Counted from the first letter of the stretch, positions 17,850-28,444 are shown. The stretch: 64,000 nt of DNA from Clostridia bacterium (GCA_016297845.1 JAEDFV010000003.1:4062-68061); one strand, 5' to 3'. Numbers and translations are program-made. Notes: generated from the letters alone by a model not told the origin.

Positions 17850-18586
17850 GCGATTTTCACACCCACACTCCATATAGTCATGGAACTGGAACAGTTCTTG
17901 AAAATGCTACTGTTGCAAAGCAAAAAGGCATAAAAACAATTGCTATCACAGACCATGGTTTTAACCACAAACTATATGGAATTAAAAAAGGCAAATTAGA
18001 TGAAATAAAAAAAGATTGCGTTGAAGCAGAAAAAGCGACAGGCGTAAAAGTTTTGCTCGGCGTGGAAGCAAATTTCATTTCATATGATGGAACCATAGAT
18101 TTAACAGATGAAGAACTTTCCAAACTTGATATACTTCTTGTTGGTCATCACAATTTTGTAAAGGCAAAAAGTGTAAGAGAACAATTTGGGCTTTTTTGGA
18201 GAAATATAATTTCAAGAGTAATTCCAGTTTCAAAAAAGAAAATTGAAAAAAACACACAAGTTTATCTTAATGCACTAAATAAATATAAAATTGATGTTTT
18301 AACACATTTGAACTATGGCATGAAAGTTAACACAATGAAAGTTGCCCTTGAAGCAAAAAAACATGGAACACTTATTGAACTTAACGGAAAGAGAATTTGT
18401 TTCACTGACCAAGAAATGCTTGAAATGGCAAAAGCGAAAGTCAAATTTATAATAAATTCCGATGCCCACAGCAAAGACCGTGTTGGTGAAGTTAACAATG
18501 CAATAAATTTGATTACCAGACTTAACATTCCACATGAACTTATTGTCAACTTGGACAAACTCCCAGAATTTAATAGGAAGAAATAA
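17837..18586 (+). CDS. PHP-domain phosphoesterase
   Basis: The DFHTHTPYSHGTG...ITDHG motifs are typical of the PHP (polymerase/histidinol phosphatase) superfamily. It overlaps murB by 13 nt and shares 1 nt with whiA. Confidence 0.8.
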   Translation: MVVLGDFHTHTPYSHGTGTVLENATVAKQKGIKTIAITDHGFNHKLYGIKKGKLDEIKKDCVEAEKATGVKVLLGVEANFISYDGTIDLTDEELSKLDILLVGHHNFVKAKSVREQFGLFWRNIISRVIPVSKKKIEKNTQVYLNALNKYKIDVLTHLNYGMKVNTMKVALEAKKHGTLIELNGKRICFTDQEMLEMAKAKVKFIINSDAHSKDRVGEVNNAINLITRLNIPHELIVNLDKLPEFNRKK

Positions 18587-19533
18587 TGGATTCATTTTCA
18601 AAAAGCACAAAACTTGAAATAATATCTCAGGACGCAAAATTTGACGTTCCATTTTTGTTTGCGCTTTTTGTTTCTTCTGGAAGTTACGATGAAAACGGAA
18701 ACGTGGAAATAACAACAGATATAGAAGAACTTTTTGCATATGTAAAGAAAAATACAATTAGGCTTTGCAAATTCTATGAAATTGAAATTTCACAAGATGA
18801 TATAATTGAAACTGAAGGTTTCAAGATAAGCAAAAAAACTTTTTACAAAATTATATTTAAAAAAGAAATATTGCAACAACTTTTTAATAAATTTGGATTA
18901 AATGAAAATAATTCACTTGAAGAAAACGTTGCCTTGTCAACAAAAACTCAGGAGAATATTAAAAATTTTTCAAAGGGAATGTTTTTGGGTTGTGGAACTT
19001 CTAGCATAAAAATAAGCCAAAAAGCAAACGAAAAAACTTCGAGTGGTTATCATTTTGAATTTTCTTCAAAGAGTTCTCTTTTGCTCAGAGAATTTTCTCA
19101 TATACTTGCACAATTTGATATTTTTGCAAAAATTATATCTAGAAAAAACAACTTTGTTTTATATTTGAAAGATGCTGAACAAGTCTGCAATCTTCTTGCA
19201 CTTGTTGGCGCAAGCGGTGCTGTTGTCACACTGCAAGGTGAAATGGCAAAACGCGATTTCAGAAATAAAATAAATCGTCAAACAAATTGTCTAAGCGGAA
19301 ACATCTCAAAAACTGTTGATGCAAGCATGAAGCAACTTGAGGCCATTAAAAAAATTGATGAAAAAATTGGAATTGAAAATCTTCCACCAGACCTTGAAGA
19401 AATTGCTCTTATGAGATTGGCTAATCCAGAAGAACCTTTGACAACTCTTTTGAAATTGAGCAACATGAACTTGACAAAAAGTGGGCTTAACCATCGATTG
19501 AGAAAAATTGTTGCCATGGCAGACAAATTGTAA
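18586..19533 (+). CDS. whiA: DNA-binding protein WhiA
   Basis: 315 aa with FSKSTKLEII at the N-terminus, LAGLIDADG-like degenerate middle domains, and a C-terminal HTH (LANPEEPLTTLLKLSNMNLTKSGLNHRLRKI). Confidence 0.9.
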   Translation: MDSFSKSTKLEIISQDAKFDVPFLFALFVSSGSYDENGNVEITTDIEELFAYVKKNTIRLCKFYEIEISQDDIIETEGFKISKKTFYKIIFKKEILQQLFNKFGLNENNSLEENVALSTKTQENIKNFSKGMFLGCGTSSIKISQKANEKTSSGYHFEFSSKSSLLLREFSHILAQFDIFAKIISRKNNFVLYLKDAEQVCNLLALVGASGAVVTLQGEMAKRDFRNKINRQTNCLSGNISKTVDASMKQLEAIKKIDEKIGIENLPPDLEEIALMRLANPEEPLTTLLKLSNMNLTKSGLNHRLRKIVAMADKL

Positions 19534-19576
19534 ATTTTCTCTTGGCAAAACATTTTAAAGGGTGTAAAATTGACTT

Positions 19577-22500
19577 ATGGAAAAATTTGTACACCTTCAC
19601 AATCACACTGAATATAGTCTGCTAGACGGGGCGGCACGAATAAAAAAATTAATTGAGGTCACAAAAGAACGCGAGTGGCCTGCTGTTGCCATAACAGACC
19701 ACGGAAATATGTATGGTGCTCTTCAGTTTTATTCTGGATGTTTGGCAAATGGCATTAAACCTATTATTGGAACGGAATTTTATATTTGTGATGATTTAAC
19801 AAACAAAGTTGGAAAACATAAGGCATATCACCAAATTTTGATTGCAAAAAATAATCAAGGATACAAAAATCTTCTTCTTTTAAATTCAATCGCATTCAAA
19901 GACGGATTCTATTATAAACCTAGAATAGATTTCAAGACTCTTGAAGCTCATCATGAAGGACTAATTTGTTTGAGTGCTTGTTTGGCAGGCACAATTCCAC
20001 AAGCAATTCTTCTTGGACAACTTGAAGAGGCTGAGAGATTGGCAAAGTGGTTCAAAGATTTGTTCGGAGATGATTTTTATCTTGAAGTACAAAATCATGG
20101 AATTGAAGAACAACAAATTGTAAATCGTGAACTTAAGAAACTCTCACAAAAACTTGGGATTAAACTTGTTGCAACAAACGATTGTCACTACATCGAAAAA
20201 GAAGATGCTGAGATGCAAGATGTTCTTATGTGCGTCCAAATGGGAAAGAAAATTGATGACCCAGACAGAATGAAATTCTCAACTGACGAATTTTATTATA
20301 AAGATTATGACGAGATGAAAAAGGCAATGGAAGGAATGGAAGAAGCCTTAGAAACAACTCTTGAAATTGCCGACAAATGTGATGTTTTGATTCGTTCTAA
20401 AGCGCATGGGGATATTCTTGGAATTGACCCAAAATATGTCATGCCACCAACTGAGAATTATATTCCTAAATATGTACCAGAAAATGGAATGACTCCATAT
20501 GAATTTCTCCGCCATCTCACTTTTGAGGGCTTGAAAAAGAAATACAAGGAAATAACTCCTGAAATTTTGTCTCGTGCTGAAATGGAACTTGAAGTAATTA
20601 ACTCACAAGGATTTGTTGAATATTTCTTAATTGTTTGGGATTACATAAATTATGCACGCAAAAGCGGAATACCTGTTGGACCTGGAAGAGGTTCAGGCGC
20701 CGGCAGTTTGGTTGCTTATGCAAGCGGAATAACACTTGTTGACCCTTTAAAATATTCTCTGGTTTTTGAAAGATTTATTAACAAAGAACGTGTTTCAATG
20801 CCCGATTTTGACGTTGATTTCGATTATGACCGACGTGAAGAAGTTATAGAATATGTTAAAAGGAAATATGGTGATGACCATGTTGCCTTGATTGCGACAT
20901 TTGGAACAATGGCAGCAAAAAACGCAATTAGAGATGTTGCGAGAACACTTAACATGCCATATTCTGAAGCGGACAAAATTGCAAAACTCATTCCAACAAA
21001 ACTTCCCGCTGGAATAAAAAAGCCTCCTGTTTTAAAATATTATTTTGGGACAACTGGAAAAGAAGAAAATGACAAATATATAATTCCTGAACTTCGTGCT
21101 TTATATGACAGCGACCCAAATATAAAGCGAGTTTGTGACCTTGCAATTAAACTTGAAGGAACACCAAGAAACGTTTCAACGCATGCATGTGGAACCTTGA
21201 TTGCGCCAGAAAGTGTTGACACATTTGTTCCTTTAACCCGAAGTGGCGATGATATTTCAACACAATATAACATGGTTGAACTTGAACAACTTGGACTTTT
21301 GAAAATGGATTTCCTTGGCCTAAAAACGTTAACAGATATAAACAAAGCACTCAAGTATGTCAAAGAAGACAAGGGAATTGATATAGATTTCTATGCAATG
21401 GATTATGATGACAAAAATGTCTATGATTTGATAAGCTCTGGGAAAACAGAGGCCATATTCCAACTTGAAAGTGAAGGAATGAAAAAGTTCATGCGCGACC
21501 TTAAACCAGATTGTTTGGAAGATATCATTGCTGGCGTTTCGCTATATCGTCCAGGGCCAATGGATTCTATTCCTCGATACATAAAGAACAAACAAAATCC
21601 TGACCAAATTGTATATGCTCACCCATGTCTTGAGCCAATCTTAAACGTCACTTATGGTTGCATTGTTTATCAAGAACAAGTTATGAAAATATTCCAAGTT
21701 ATGGGCGGATATAACATGGGACAGGCGGACAACGTTCGAAGAATCATGGGAAAGAAAAAAGTTGAAAAAATGCCTGCCGAAAAGAAAAAATTCATTGAAG
21801 GTTGGGAAGACCCAACAGGAAGAGCATCTATCCCTGGAGCTCTCAAGCTTGGTGTTTCACGTGAAGTTGCAGAACAAATTTTTGGCGAGATGGAATCTTT
21901 TGCTCAGTATGCATTCAACAAATCCCATGCCGCAGCATATGCCTATCTTTCATATCAAACTGCTTATCTAAAATGCTATCACGAAATTGAATTCCTTTGC
22001 GCCGTTTTAAATAATCGTATAACTAATTCTGATGAAATAAAAAAATATGTTATATATGTAAAAGAAGAAGGATTCAAAGTTCTTCCACCAGACATTAACA
22101 AAAGTCAAACATATTTCTCAGTTGAAAACGGGAACTTACGTTTTGGACTCGCTGCCATAAAAAATGTTGGAATATCAGTAATCGACAACATAATTGAAGA
22201 GCGAAACAAAAACGGAGAATTCAAAGACTTTATGGATTTTATTAAGCGTGTTGACCAACAAGCAAGAAACAAACGTTGCTTAGAAAGTTTAATTCTTGCT
22301 GGGGCTTTCGACTGCCTTGGGCTCTTCCGCTCCCAACTTATGAATGTCTACGAAAATGCTGTTAGTAGAGTAACTTCAGAATATAAAAGTCAACTTTCTG
22401 GACAATTTTCACTTTTTGATTCGTTTGGGGTTCAAGAACAACATCTTGAAGATAAACTTGAAATTCCTAACATAAAAGAATTTTCAAAAGAAGCAATGTT

Positions 22501-23179
22501 AAAATATGAAAAAGAAGTTGTTGGTATCTATCTTTCTGGACACCCTCTTGACAACTATATAGATAAATTCAAAAACTATAATCTTAACTCAAGCATGCTT
22601 GAAGTTGAAGATTCAGAAATTGAAGAGGACGAGACGGAAGAAAAGGAAGAAACAACTTACACAGGAAACGTGGAAAATGACATGAAAGTGGTTTGTGGCG
22701 GAATTTTAACCGATATAAGAAAAACCGTCACAAAAAATGGAAATCGCGAAATGGGATTTGCAAAACTTGAAGACCTTTACGGAATAATTGAACTAACCTT
22801 TTTCCCAAATGCATATCGTAATTTAAAAAATCTTTTAATTGAAGATTCAATGGCAACAATTAAAGGGAAACTTAATCTTCGCGAAGGCGAAAAACCAACG
22901 GTTATAGTTGACGAAATCATACCATGGAAAGAAACCCAAAAAATTCAAACTCAAGATGAGAAGAAAGAAAAACTATATCTTAAATTTGACGTAGAAAATG
23001 TCCAAGCATATAACACAATTGTCAATATACTTAGCACATATCCTGGTCAAAGCGAAGTTATTGTTAAATCTTCAACAAGTGGAAATGCCTTTAAGATGAA
23101 CAGACTTGTTTCAATAAACCAATATCTTCTTGGAGAACTTTTAGGAGTGTTGTCCGAAAATGATGTAATCGTAAAATAA
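19577..23179 (+). CDS. dnaE: DNA polymerase III alpha subunit DnaE
   Basis: 1200 aa with an N-terminal PHP domain (FVHLHNHTEYSLLDGA), the GRGSGAGSLVAY and PDFDVDF catalytic motifs, and an OB fold near the C-terminus. Confidence 0.95.
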   Translation: MEKFVHLHNHTEYSLLDGAARIKKLIEVTKEREWPAVAITDHGNMYGALQFYSGCLANGIKPIIGTEFYICDDLTNKVGKHKAYHQILIAKNNQGYKNLLLLNSIAFKDGFYYKPRIDFKTLEAHHEGLICLSACLAGTIPQAILLGQLEEAERLAKWFKDLFGDDFYLEVQNHGIEEQQIVNRELKKLSQKLGIKLVATNDCHYIEKEDAEMQDVLMCVQMGKKIDDPDRMKFSTDEFYYKDYDEMKKAMEGMEEALETTLEIADKCDVLIRSKAHGDILGIDPKYVMPPTENYIPKYVPENGMTPYEFLRHLTFEGLKKKYKEITPEILSRAEMELEVINSQGFVEYFLIVWDYINYARKSGIPVGPGRGSGAGSLVAYASGITLVDPLKYSLVFERFINKERVSMPDFDVDFDYDRREEVIEYVKRKYGDDHVALIATFGTMAAKNAIRDVARTLNMPYSEADKIAKLIPTKLPAGIKKPPVLKYYFGTTGKEENDKYIIPELRALYDSDPNIKRVCDLAIKLEGTPRNVSTHACGTLIAPESVDTFVPLTRSGDDISTQYNMVELEQLGLLKMDFLGLKTLTDINKALKYVKEDKGIDIDFYAMDYDDKNVYDLISSGKTEAIFQLESEGMKKFMRDLKPDCLEDIIAGVSLYRPGPMDSIPRYIKNKQNPDQIVYAHPCLEPILNVTYGCIVYQEQVMKIFQVMGGYNMGQADNVRRIMGKKKVEKMPAEKKKFIEGWEDPTGRASIPGALKLGVSREVAEQIFGEMESFAQYAFNKSHAAAYAYLSYQTAYLKCYHEIEFLCAVLNNRITNSDEIKKYVIYVKEEGFKVLPPDINKSQTYFSVENGNLRFGLAAIKNVGISVIDNIIEERNKNGEFKDFMDFIKRVDQQARNKRCLESLILAGAFDCLGLFRSQLMNVYENAVSRVTSEYKSQLSGQFSLFDSFGVQEQHLEDKLEIPNIKEFSKEAMLKYEKEVVGIYLSGHPLDNYIDKFKNYNLNSSMLEVEDSEIEEDETEEKEETTYTGNVENDMKVVCGGILTDIRKTVTKNGNREMGFAKLEDLYGIIELTFFPNAYRNLKNLLIEDSMATIKGKLNLREGEKPTVIVDEIIPWKETQKIQTQDEKKEKLYLKFDVENVQAYNTIVNILSTYPGQSEVIVKSSTSGNAFKMNRLVSINQYLLGELLGVLSENDVIVK

Positions 23180-23189
23180 GGAGAAAAAA

Positions 23190-24080
23190 ATGAACATTGG
23201 AATTTTAACGAGTGGTGGCGATGCACCGGGAATGAATGCCTTTATTTCAAAATTTGTTTGCCTTAATAATAAGGATAAAATTATAGCCTTCAAATTTGGC
23301 TATCAAGGACTTGTTGATAACAACACTATTAAACTTGACAAAACCTTTGTTTCCAACAGTTCTCATCTTGGTGGCTCTGTAATAAAAAGTTCACGTTGTA
23401 GCGAGTTTATGACAAAAAAAGGATTGGAAAAAGCTCTTAACAACATAAAAGTTAACAAAATTTCAATTCTAATTATACTTGGTGGCGAAGGAACTCTCAA
23501 AGGCGCAAAAGAACTTTCTAAAAATGGCGTTAATGTTATATTTGTTCCATCAACAATCGACAATGACCTTTCATGCACTCAAAGAACACTTGGATTCGAT
23601 TCTGCTGTTAATGCTGCTGTTGACGCTGTTGAAAAAATAAAACAGACAATGCTTTCACTAAACAGAATTTTTATTTGCGAAGTCATGGGAAGACATTGCT
23701 CAGATATTGCGACGGACACTTTTTTTGCAACTGACTCCACTTGTTTAATAACTGAAAAATCTAACTATAATTTTAAAAATTTAATTTCAAATCTCAAAGA
23801 AGCGATTGAAAAGGGCGAAGAATCACCATCTATAATAATTCGTGAAAATATCTTAGATATATTCAAACTGGCAAAAGAAATTCAAAATGAACTGGACATT
23901 GAAACACGTGCCTGCAGAATAGGATATGTTCAACGTGGTTGTCAACCTTCAGTTATTGACAGAATTTTGGCAAGAAAATTTGCAATTTTTGCAACTGACT
24001 TAATAGTTCAAAAACAATTTAACAAAGCTCTGTGTTATACAAACGGAATTGTAGAGGCAAAAAATATTTTAGAAGTATAA
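23190..24080 (+). CDS. pfkA: ATP-dependent 6-phosphofructokinase
   Basis: MNIGILTSGGDAPGMNA, ILGGEGTLKGA, PSTIDNDL and MGRHCSDIA. Confidence 0.9.
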   Translation: MNIGILTSGGDAPGMNAFISKFVCLNNKDKIIAFKFGYQGLVDNNTIKLDKTFVSNSSHLGGSVIKSSRCSEFMTKKGLEKALNNIKVNKISILIILGGEGTLKGAKELSKNGVNVIFVPSTIDNDLSCTQRTLGFDSAVNAAVDAVEKIKQTMLSLNRIFICEVMGRHCSDIATDTFFATDSTCLITEKSNYNFKNLISNLKEAIEKGEESPSIIIRENILDIFKLAKEIQNELDIETRACRIGYVQRGCQPSVIDRILARKFAIFATDLIVQKQFNKALCYTNGIVEAKNILEV

Positions 24081-24104
24081 AATAAAAATAATGGCTCAAG
24101 GTCA

Positions 24105-24389
24105 TTATTTTTTTTGTTTTTGCCCGAATTTTTCTGCGAGCTCATCTTCTTTTTCTTCCATTTCCTTTACGTCAAGTCGGTCCTTAACTATATTTATTTT
24201 TCCTTTTTGACGTATCGCAGAAATAATAAGCCAAATTGCCGCAAAACCAAACAAAATGTAAATAATTCTACTAAAAATGTTTGATTGAGTGCCAAAAAAA
24301 CCTGCGATAATATCATATTGCAACATTCCTATACTAAGCCAATTTACACTACCAAAAAGCACAATCAAAAATGAAATAAATGTTATCAT
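24105..24389 (-). CDS. DUF378 small membrane protein
   Basis: GSVNWLSIGMLQYDIIAGFFG is the DUF378 signature, with two TM segments. Confidence 0.8.
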   Translation of the reverse strand: MITFISFLIVLFGSVNWLSIGMLQYDIIAGFFGTQSNIFSRIIYILFGFAAIWLIISAIRQKGKINIVKDRLDVKEMEEKEDELAEKFGQKQKK

Positions 24390-24435
24390 AATTATATTTT
24401 CTTCAAAAATTTGAAATATATTCTGACATACTTCC

Positions 24436-24465
24436 TTGATTTTCTTTCAAAACCTAAAATATAAT
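24436..24465 (+). promoter_or_regulatory. Candidate promoter of the 483-aa gene (TTGATT-18-TATAAT)
   Basis: TTGATT 24436-24441, 18-nt spacer, TATAAT 24460-24465. SD AAAGGAG precedes the ATG at 24486. Confidence 0.45.
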
Positions 24466-24485
24466 TTCCCAATAAAGGAGATTAT

Positions 24486-25937
24486 ATGGATACTTTTTCA
24501 CAACAACAAATAAAAATTGAAGAACTTGAAAAACGTCTCAATTCACTGAGTAAGAAATTAAAAATAGAATCTAACGAAATTGATGTAATAAATGCTAACT
24601 TAACAACAACATCACAAAAAATTAATGCTCTATCAACAGAACTTGATACACAAGATTTCGATTCTTGGTTAACATACACCAAACGATGGGGAATTAATAA
24701 CGTTCGACACGATAGAATCTTTTTCACATGTAAGCCTTATGTAAAAACAAAAATAAAAATCAAAACTGATTTGTTTTTTATTTCCAACTCAACAACTGCT
24801 CTAACAGCCTATATAAGAATATGTTTAAATACAATTAATGTTACGAAAGGCAAAATTTATGAAGAAAAATTTGAGATTACAGAAGGCACATTAAACAGAA
24901 CCTTTGAGTTCGAATATGACTTCTATCCAACAAAAGTAGACAACACATTCTTGTTACTCGTAAACGCGGGGACTGACAACTATACATTAGGTTCAAGTGG
25001 AATCACAAGTTATGAAGTTACAATTTTTGGGAAAGACGTAAACATACTCACAAGAAACAATGACTTTAAAGTTTTTTTATCAAAAGATAATTATTACATA
25101 ACTAGAAATGTTAAAGACTATGGCGAATATCTAATTGCTCCTGTCACGAGCGTTAATCTTAGTTCAACATTCACAACCATTGAAAGTGTTATTGATAAAA
25201 CCACAGCTCAAAATAATGACAAATTTCTTCCGTTTAGTTACACGTGTGTTCCTAACATTTCTTATGACTCAACAACTGAAAGATATGAAATATCAACAAT
25301 TTTGCCACCACGTTTTTACTATTATTACAGTAACGCTAATACACTGTATATTGGTCAACAAAATCCATCATCAGGAACAACACACATTGCCTGTACATAC
25401 GGATATTCATACACTGTCGGCCCTCCAATTTCAACATCGCTATATTACCATAATGTTGGTTCGGCAAACACAACACTTGACTGTTATTTATCATATGGCG
25501 TTGGAACAGCAACAAAGATTGAAACTAAAAGAATGAAATTAAACGGCTCGAACGTAACTGGAATGTGGGTTGAAAATTGTGTTGTCTTTGTCAAGAATTG
25601 GGAAGACCTTCCTGCTGGCGAAATACAACCATGCTACGTTGCAACAAATAGCCTTGGTGAGGTTTATTTCTTTGACGGAAGACTTGCAACCTACACTCTA
25701 TACATAGGCAAAGGCAGTCAAGTTAATGCTTACATGCAAAGCGACCGTTCTATAAATGTTTATATGCGCCGTAAACATAATGTTCATAAAAAGGTTCTTT
25801 TGTATGATTCAGACTCAGGTGTATATTCAGTTCAAGACGGCGAACAAGAAATTCCAAATGCTCTCGAATATATTGAAGGCATGAACGGCGATTATTTTAT
25901 AAATAATCTTGGAACTTGGGAATATCACAGCGCATAA
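24486..25937 (+). CDS. Hypothetical protein (483 aa): N-terminal coiled coil plus Tyr/Thr/Asn-rich beta-type region, no signal peptide
   Basis: Strong SD, with its own promoter and terminator. I recognise no family. Confidence 0.7.
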   Translation: MDTFSQQQIKIEELEKRLNSLSKKLKIESNEIDVINANLTTTSQKINALSTELDTQDFDSWLTYTKRWGINNVRHDRIFFTCKPYVKTKIKIKTDLFFISNSTTALTAYIRICLNTINVTKGKIYEEKFEITEGTLNRTFEFEYDFYPTKVDNTFLLLVNAGTDNYTLGSSGITSYEVTIFGKDVNILTRNNDFKVFLSKDNYYITRNVKDYGEYLIAPVTSVNLSSTFTTIESVIDKTTAQNNDKFLPFSYTCVPNISYDSTTERYEISTILPPRFYYYYSNANTLYIGQQNPSSGTTHIACTYGYSYTVGPPISTSLYYHNVGSANTTLDCYLSYGVGTATKIETKRMKLNGSNVTGMWVENCVVFVKNWEDLPAGEIQPCYVATNSLGEVYFFDGRLATYTLYIGKGSQVNAYMQSDRSINVYMRRKHNVHKKVLLYDSDSGVYSVQDGEQEIPNALEYIEGMNGDYFINNLGTWEYHSA

Positions 25938-25964
25938 AAAAAGAGCATCTAATGCTCTTTTTTA
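25936..25964. terminator. Bidirectional intrinsic terminator between the 483-aa gene and ftsH
   Basis: Stem AAGAGCAT/ATGCTCTT (25941-25948/25952-25959), flanked by an A run and a T run. Confidence 0.75.
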
Positions 25965-28223
25965 TTTATCAGAATTTTCATCTTTTTTTGTCTTCTTGGA
26001 AACATTTTTTGTTTGTGTTGTTTTCTTTGGCAATTTTTTATCAGAATTTTCTGATTTTGGTTCTGACGTTTTGTCAACTTTTTTTGTGTCAACCTTTTCT
26101 TTTTCATCTGCTACTTTTTCTTCTTGAGAAGTTAAATTTTCACCAACAGGTTGTTCACTATTTGTAGCCTCATTTTCAACCTTTTCATTCAACTTGTTTT
26201 CAAGTTCTTCTTTCGCTTTTTTAAGTTGTTCAAATTCCGCTTCTGTGACAACGCCTGCCTTAACAAGCATTTCAGCTGTTTTTAATTTTTCTTCAAGTTG
26301 ACTTATTTTTTTTGATAACTCGCCATTAAGTCTACCTTTTTCTTCTTTAATTTTTCGAAGTTCTGCTTTCTTGTCCATGACAGCAACTATCTCTTCAACA
26401 CTTTTCCCTTCCATAATCATGTCAACTTCCTCTTTGTAGATTGTTTCTTTTAAGAGTAAGATTTCAGACATATTATCCATGAGTTTTCGATTTTCTTTTA
26501 AAATCTTAGTTGCTCTTTCATAACACTGATTTAAAATCGCACGGATTTCCTCATCAATAGTTGCAGCAGTTTCTTCACTATATTTATATTGGTTTTGATA
26601 ATCACGACCTAAGAAAGGTTGATTGGTTGTGTCATAACCTATGAATCCAAGTTTTTTGCTCATGCCCCATTCGGTTATCATCTTTCTTGCAATTTCAGTT
26701 GCTTGTTGAATATCGTTTTGGGCTCCTGTTGAAATATCCCCAAAGACAATTTCTTCAGCAATACGACCACCCATGCACATCGAGATTTGGTCAATTAATT
26801 TTTTATATGTTACATGGTTATCGTCTTCACTAGGTCTACTCATAGTGTAGCCAGCTGCCATACCTCTTGGAATGATTGAAACTTCTTGGACTTCATCGCA
26901 GTTAGGTAATAATTTCCCCAAAATTGCGTGTCCAGCTTCATGATACGTTGTAATCTTCTTGTCACGTGGTGTTACCAACAAACTTTTCTTTTGTGGTCCC
27001 ATTATAACTTTATTAATTCCTTCTGTTAAATCAGACATAATAATCTTTGGTCTATTCGCTCTAGCAGCTAAGATAGATGCTTCATTCAACATGTTCTCCA
27101 AGTCTGCGCCAGTAAATCCACTTGTAATACGCGCCAATGTTTGAAAGTCTATTTCATCGTCAAGAGGTTTATTGCGTGCGTGTATTTTAATTATTGCTTC
27201 TCTACCTTTTACATCAGGTACATGAACATAAATTTGTCTATCAAATCTGCCTGGTCTTAGGAGAGCTGGGTCAAGGACATCACTACGGTTTGTTGCTGCA
27301 AGAACAATAATTCCTTCGTTTGCTTCAAAACCGTCCATCTCAACAAGAAGTTGATTCAAGGTTTGCTCTCTTTCGTCATTTCCGCCACCAAGGCCAGTTC
27401 CACGTTGTCTTCCGACTGCATCAATTTCATCAATGAAAATTATGCAAGGGCGTGACCTTTTTGCTTGTTCAAACAAATCTCTAACACGAGATGCTCCAAC
27501 ACCAACAAACATTTCAACAAAATCTGAACCGCTTATTGATAAAAATGGAACATTACTTTCTCCTGCAACTGCTTTTGCTAACAAAGTTTTTCCAGTTCCT
27601 GGAGGGCCAACTAACAAAACACCTTTTGGAATTCTTGCCCCCAAATCAGTAAACTTTTGTGGATTTTTTAAAAATTCAACAACTTCTTGAAGTTCAGCTT
27701 TTTCTTCGTCCGCTCCTGCAACATCTTCAAATCTAACTTTTACATTATCGTTTGTTCTTGCCTTACTCTTTCCAAACGACATTGTTCCTGCATTTCCCTT
27801 GAGAATTGCACGCAATAGGAAATATCCAATTATTAAAATTATTGCAAGACTTAGATATGGCATTATTGTTGATAGAAACGATTCTTTTACTTGCTCTTCA
27901 GTGTATGATATAGTTGGCTTTGCATCCAATTTTGCTTTTATACCTGTTACTGTAGCTGTTGTTGCAACTTCACAATAATAGTCTGAATAAGTTGGAAAAT
28001 TTTCTTCTTGTATCTGCGAATTTTTCTTTCTTATTCTATAAATCCCGTTATAATAATACACATCTGTGACTTCATCTGAATCTATCATATTTTCAAAACT
28101 TCGTATATCAATCTTTTCTCCATATGAGCCTGTTCCTGCAAATGCCATATAGATTAGCAATATCACAAATAAAATCAAAACAGTGATCCAAATTATTTTT
28201 CCATACTTAGGTTTTTCTTTCAT
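25962..28223 (-). CDS. ftsH: ATP-dependent zinc metalloprotease FtsH with a long C-terminal extension
   Basis: 753 aa with [28 protein letters not shown] and the HEAGHA zinc site. About 150 extra C-terminal residues include a SHOCT-like segment. Confidence 0.95.
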   Translation of the reverse strand: MKEKPKYGKIIWITVLILFVILLIYMAFAGTGSYGEKIDIRSFENMIDSDEVTDVYYYNGIYRIRKKNSQIQEENFPTYSDYYCEVATTATVTGIKAKLDAKPTISYTEEQVKESFLSTIMPYLSLAIILIIGYFLLRAILKGNAGTMSFGKSKARTNDNVKVRFEDVAGADEEKAELQEVVEFLKNPQKFTDLGARIPKGVLLVGPPGTGKTLLAKAVAGESNVPFLSISGSDFVEMFVGVGASRVRDLFEQAKRSRPCIIFIDEIDAVGRQRGTGLGGGNDEREQTLNQLLVEMDGFEANEGIIVLAATNRSDVLDPALLRPGRFDRQIYVHVPDVKGREAIIKIHARNKPLDDEIDFQTLARITSGFTGADLENMLNEASILAARANRPKIIMSDLTEGINKVIMGPQKKSLLVTPRDKKITTYHEAGHAILGKLLPNCDEVQEVSIIPRGMAAGYTMSRPSEDDNHVTYKKLIDQISMCMGGRIAEEIVFGDISTGAQNDIQQATEIARKMITEWGMSKKLGFIGYDTTNQPFLGRDYQNQYKYSEETAATIDEEIRAILNQCYERATKILKENRKLMDNMSEILLLKETIYKEEVDMIMEGKSVEEIVAVMDKKAELRKIKEEKGRLNGELSKKISQLEEKLKTAEMLVKAGVVTEAEFEQLKKAKEELENKLNEKVENEATNSEQPVGENLTSQEEKVADEKEKVDTKKVDKTSEPKSENSDKKLPKKTTQTKNVSKKTKKDENSDK

Positions 28224-28428
28224 AACTCTCCTTATAATATGTTTTCTTAATACAACAAAAATATTCTATCATTTTTATCAAAAAACACCAAACTAAAAGA
28301 GGTATTTTTATGTCAAAAAATCTTAAACGAGAGCTATTTTTGTTGTTTAAAATGAGTAAATACTCATTGGAACAAAAATCGCTTAGAATTAAGATTTTTG
28401 CCATTTTGCTGTGATTATATTAAAAAAA

Positions 28429-28444
28429 TGTTTCACGTGAAACA
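28429..28444. promoter_or_regulatory. parS centromere site (perfect palindrome TGTTTCACGTGAAACA), copy 1
   Basis: Matches the Firmicutes parS consensus TGTTNCACGTGAAACA and lies about 40 bp downstream of the parB stop. Confidence 0.85.

Noticed and set aside
28207-28404. 65-aa minus-strand ORF overlapping the ftsH start
   Set aside because: It overlaps the ftsH N-terminus and promoter region, has no SD, and its product is hydrophobic and low-complexity.
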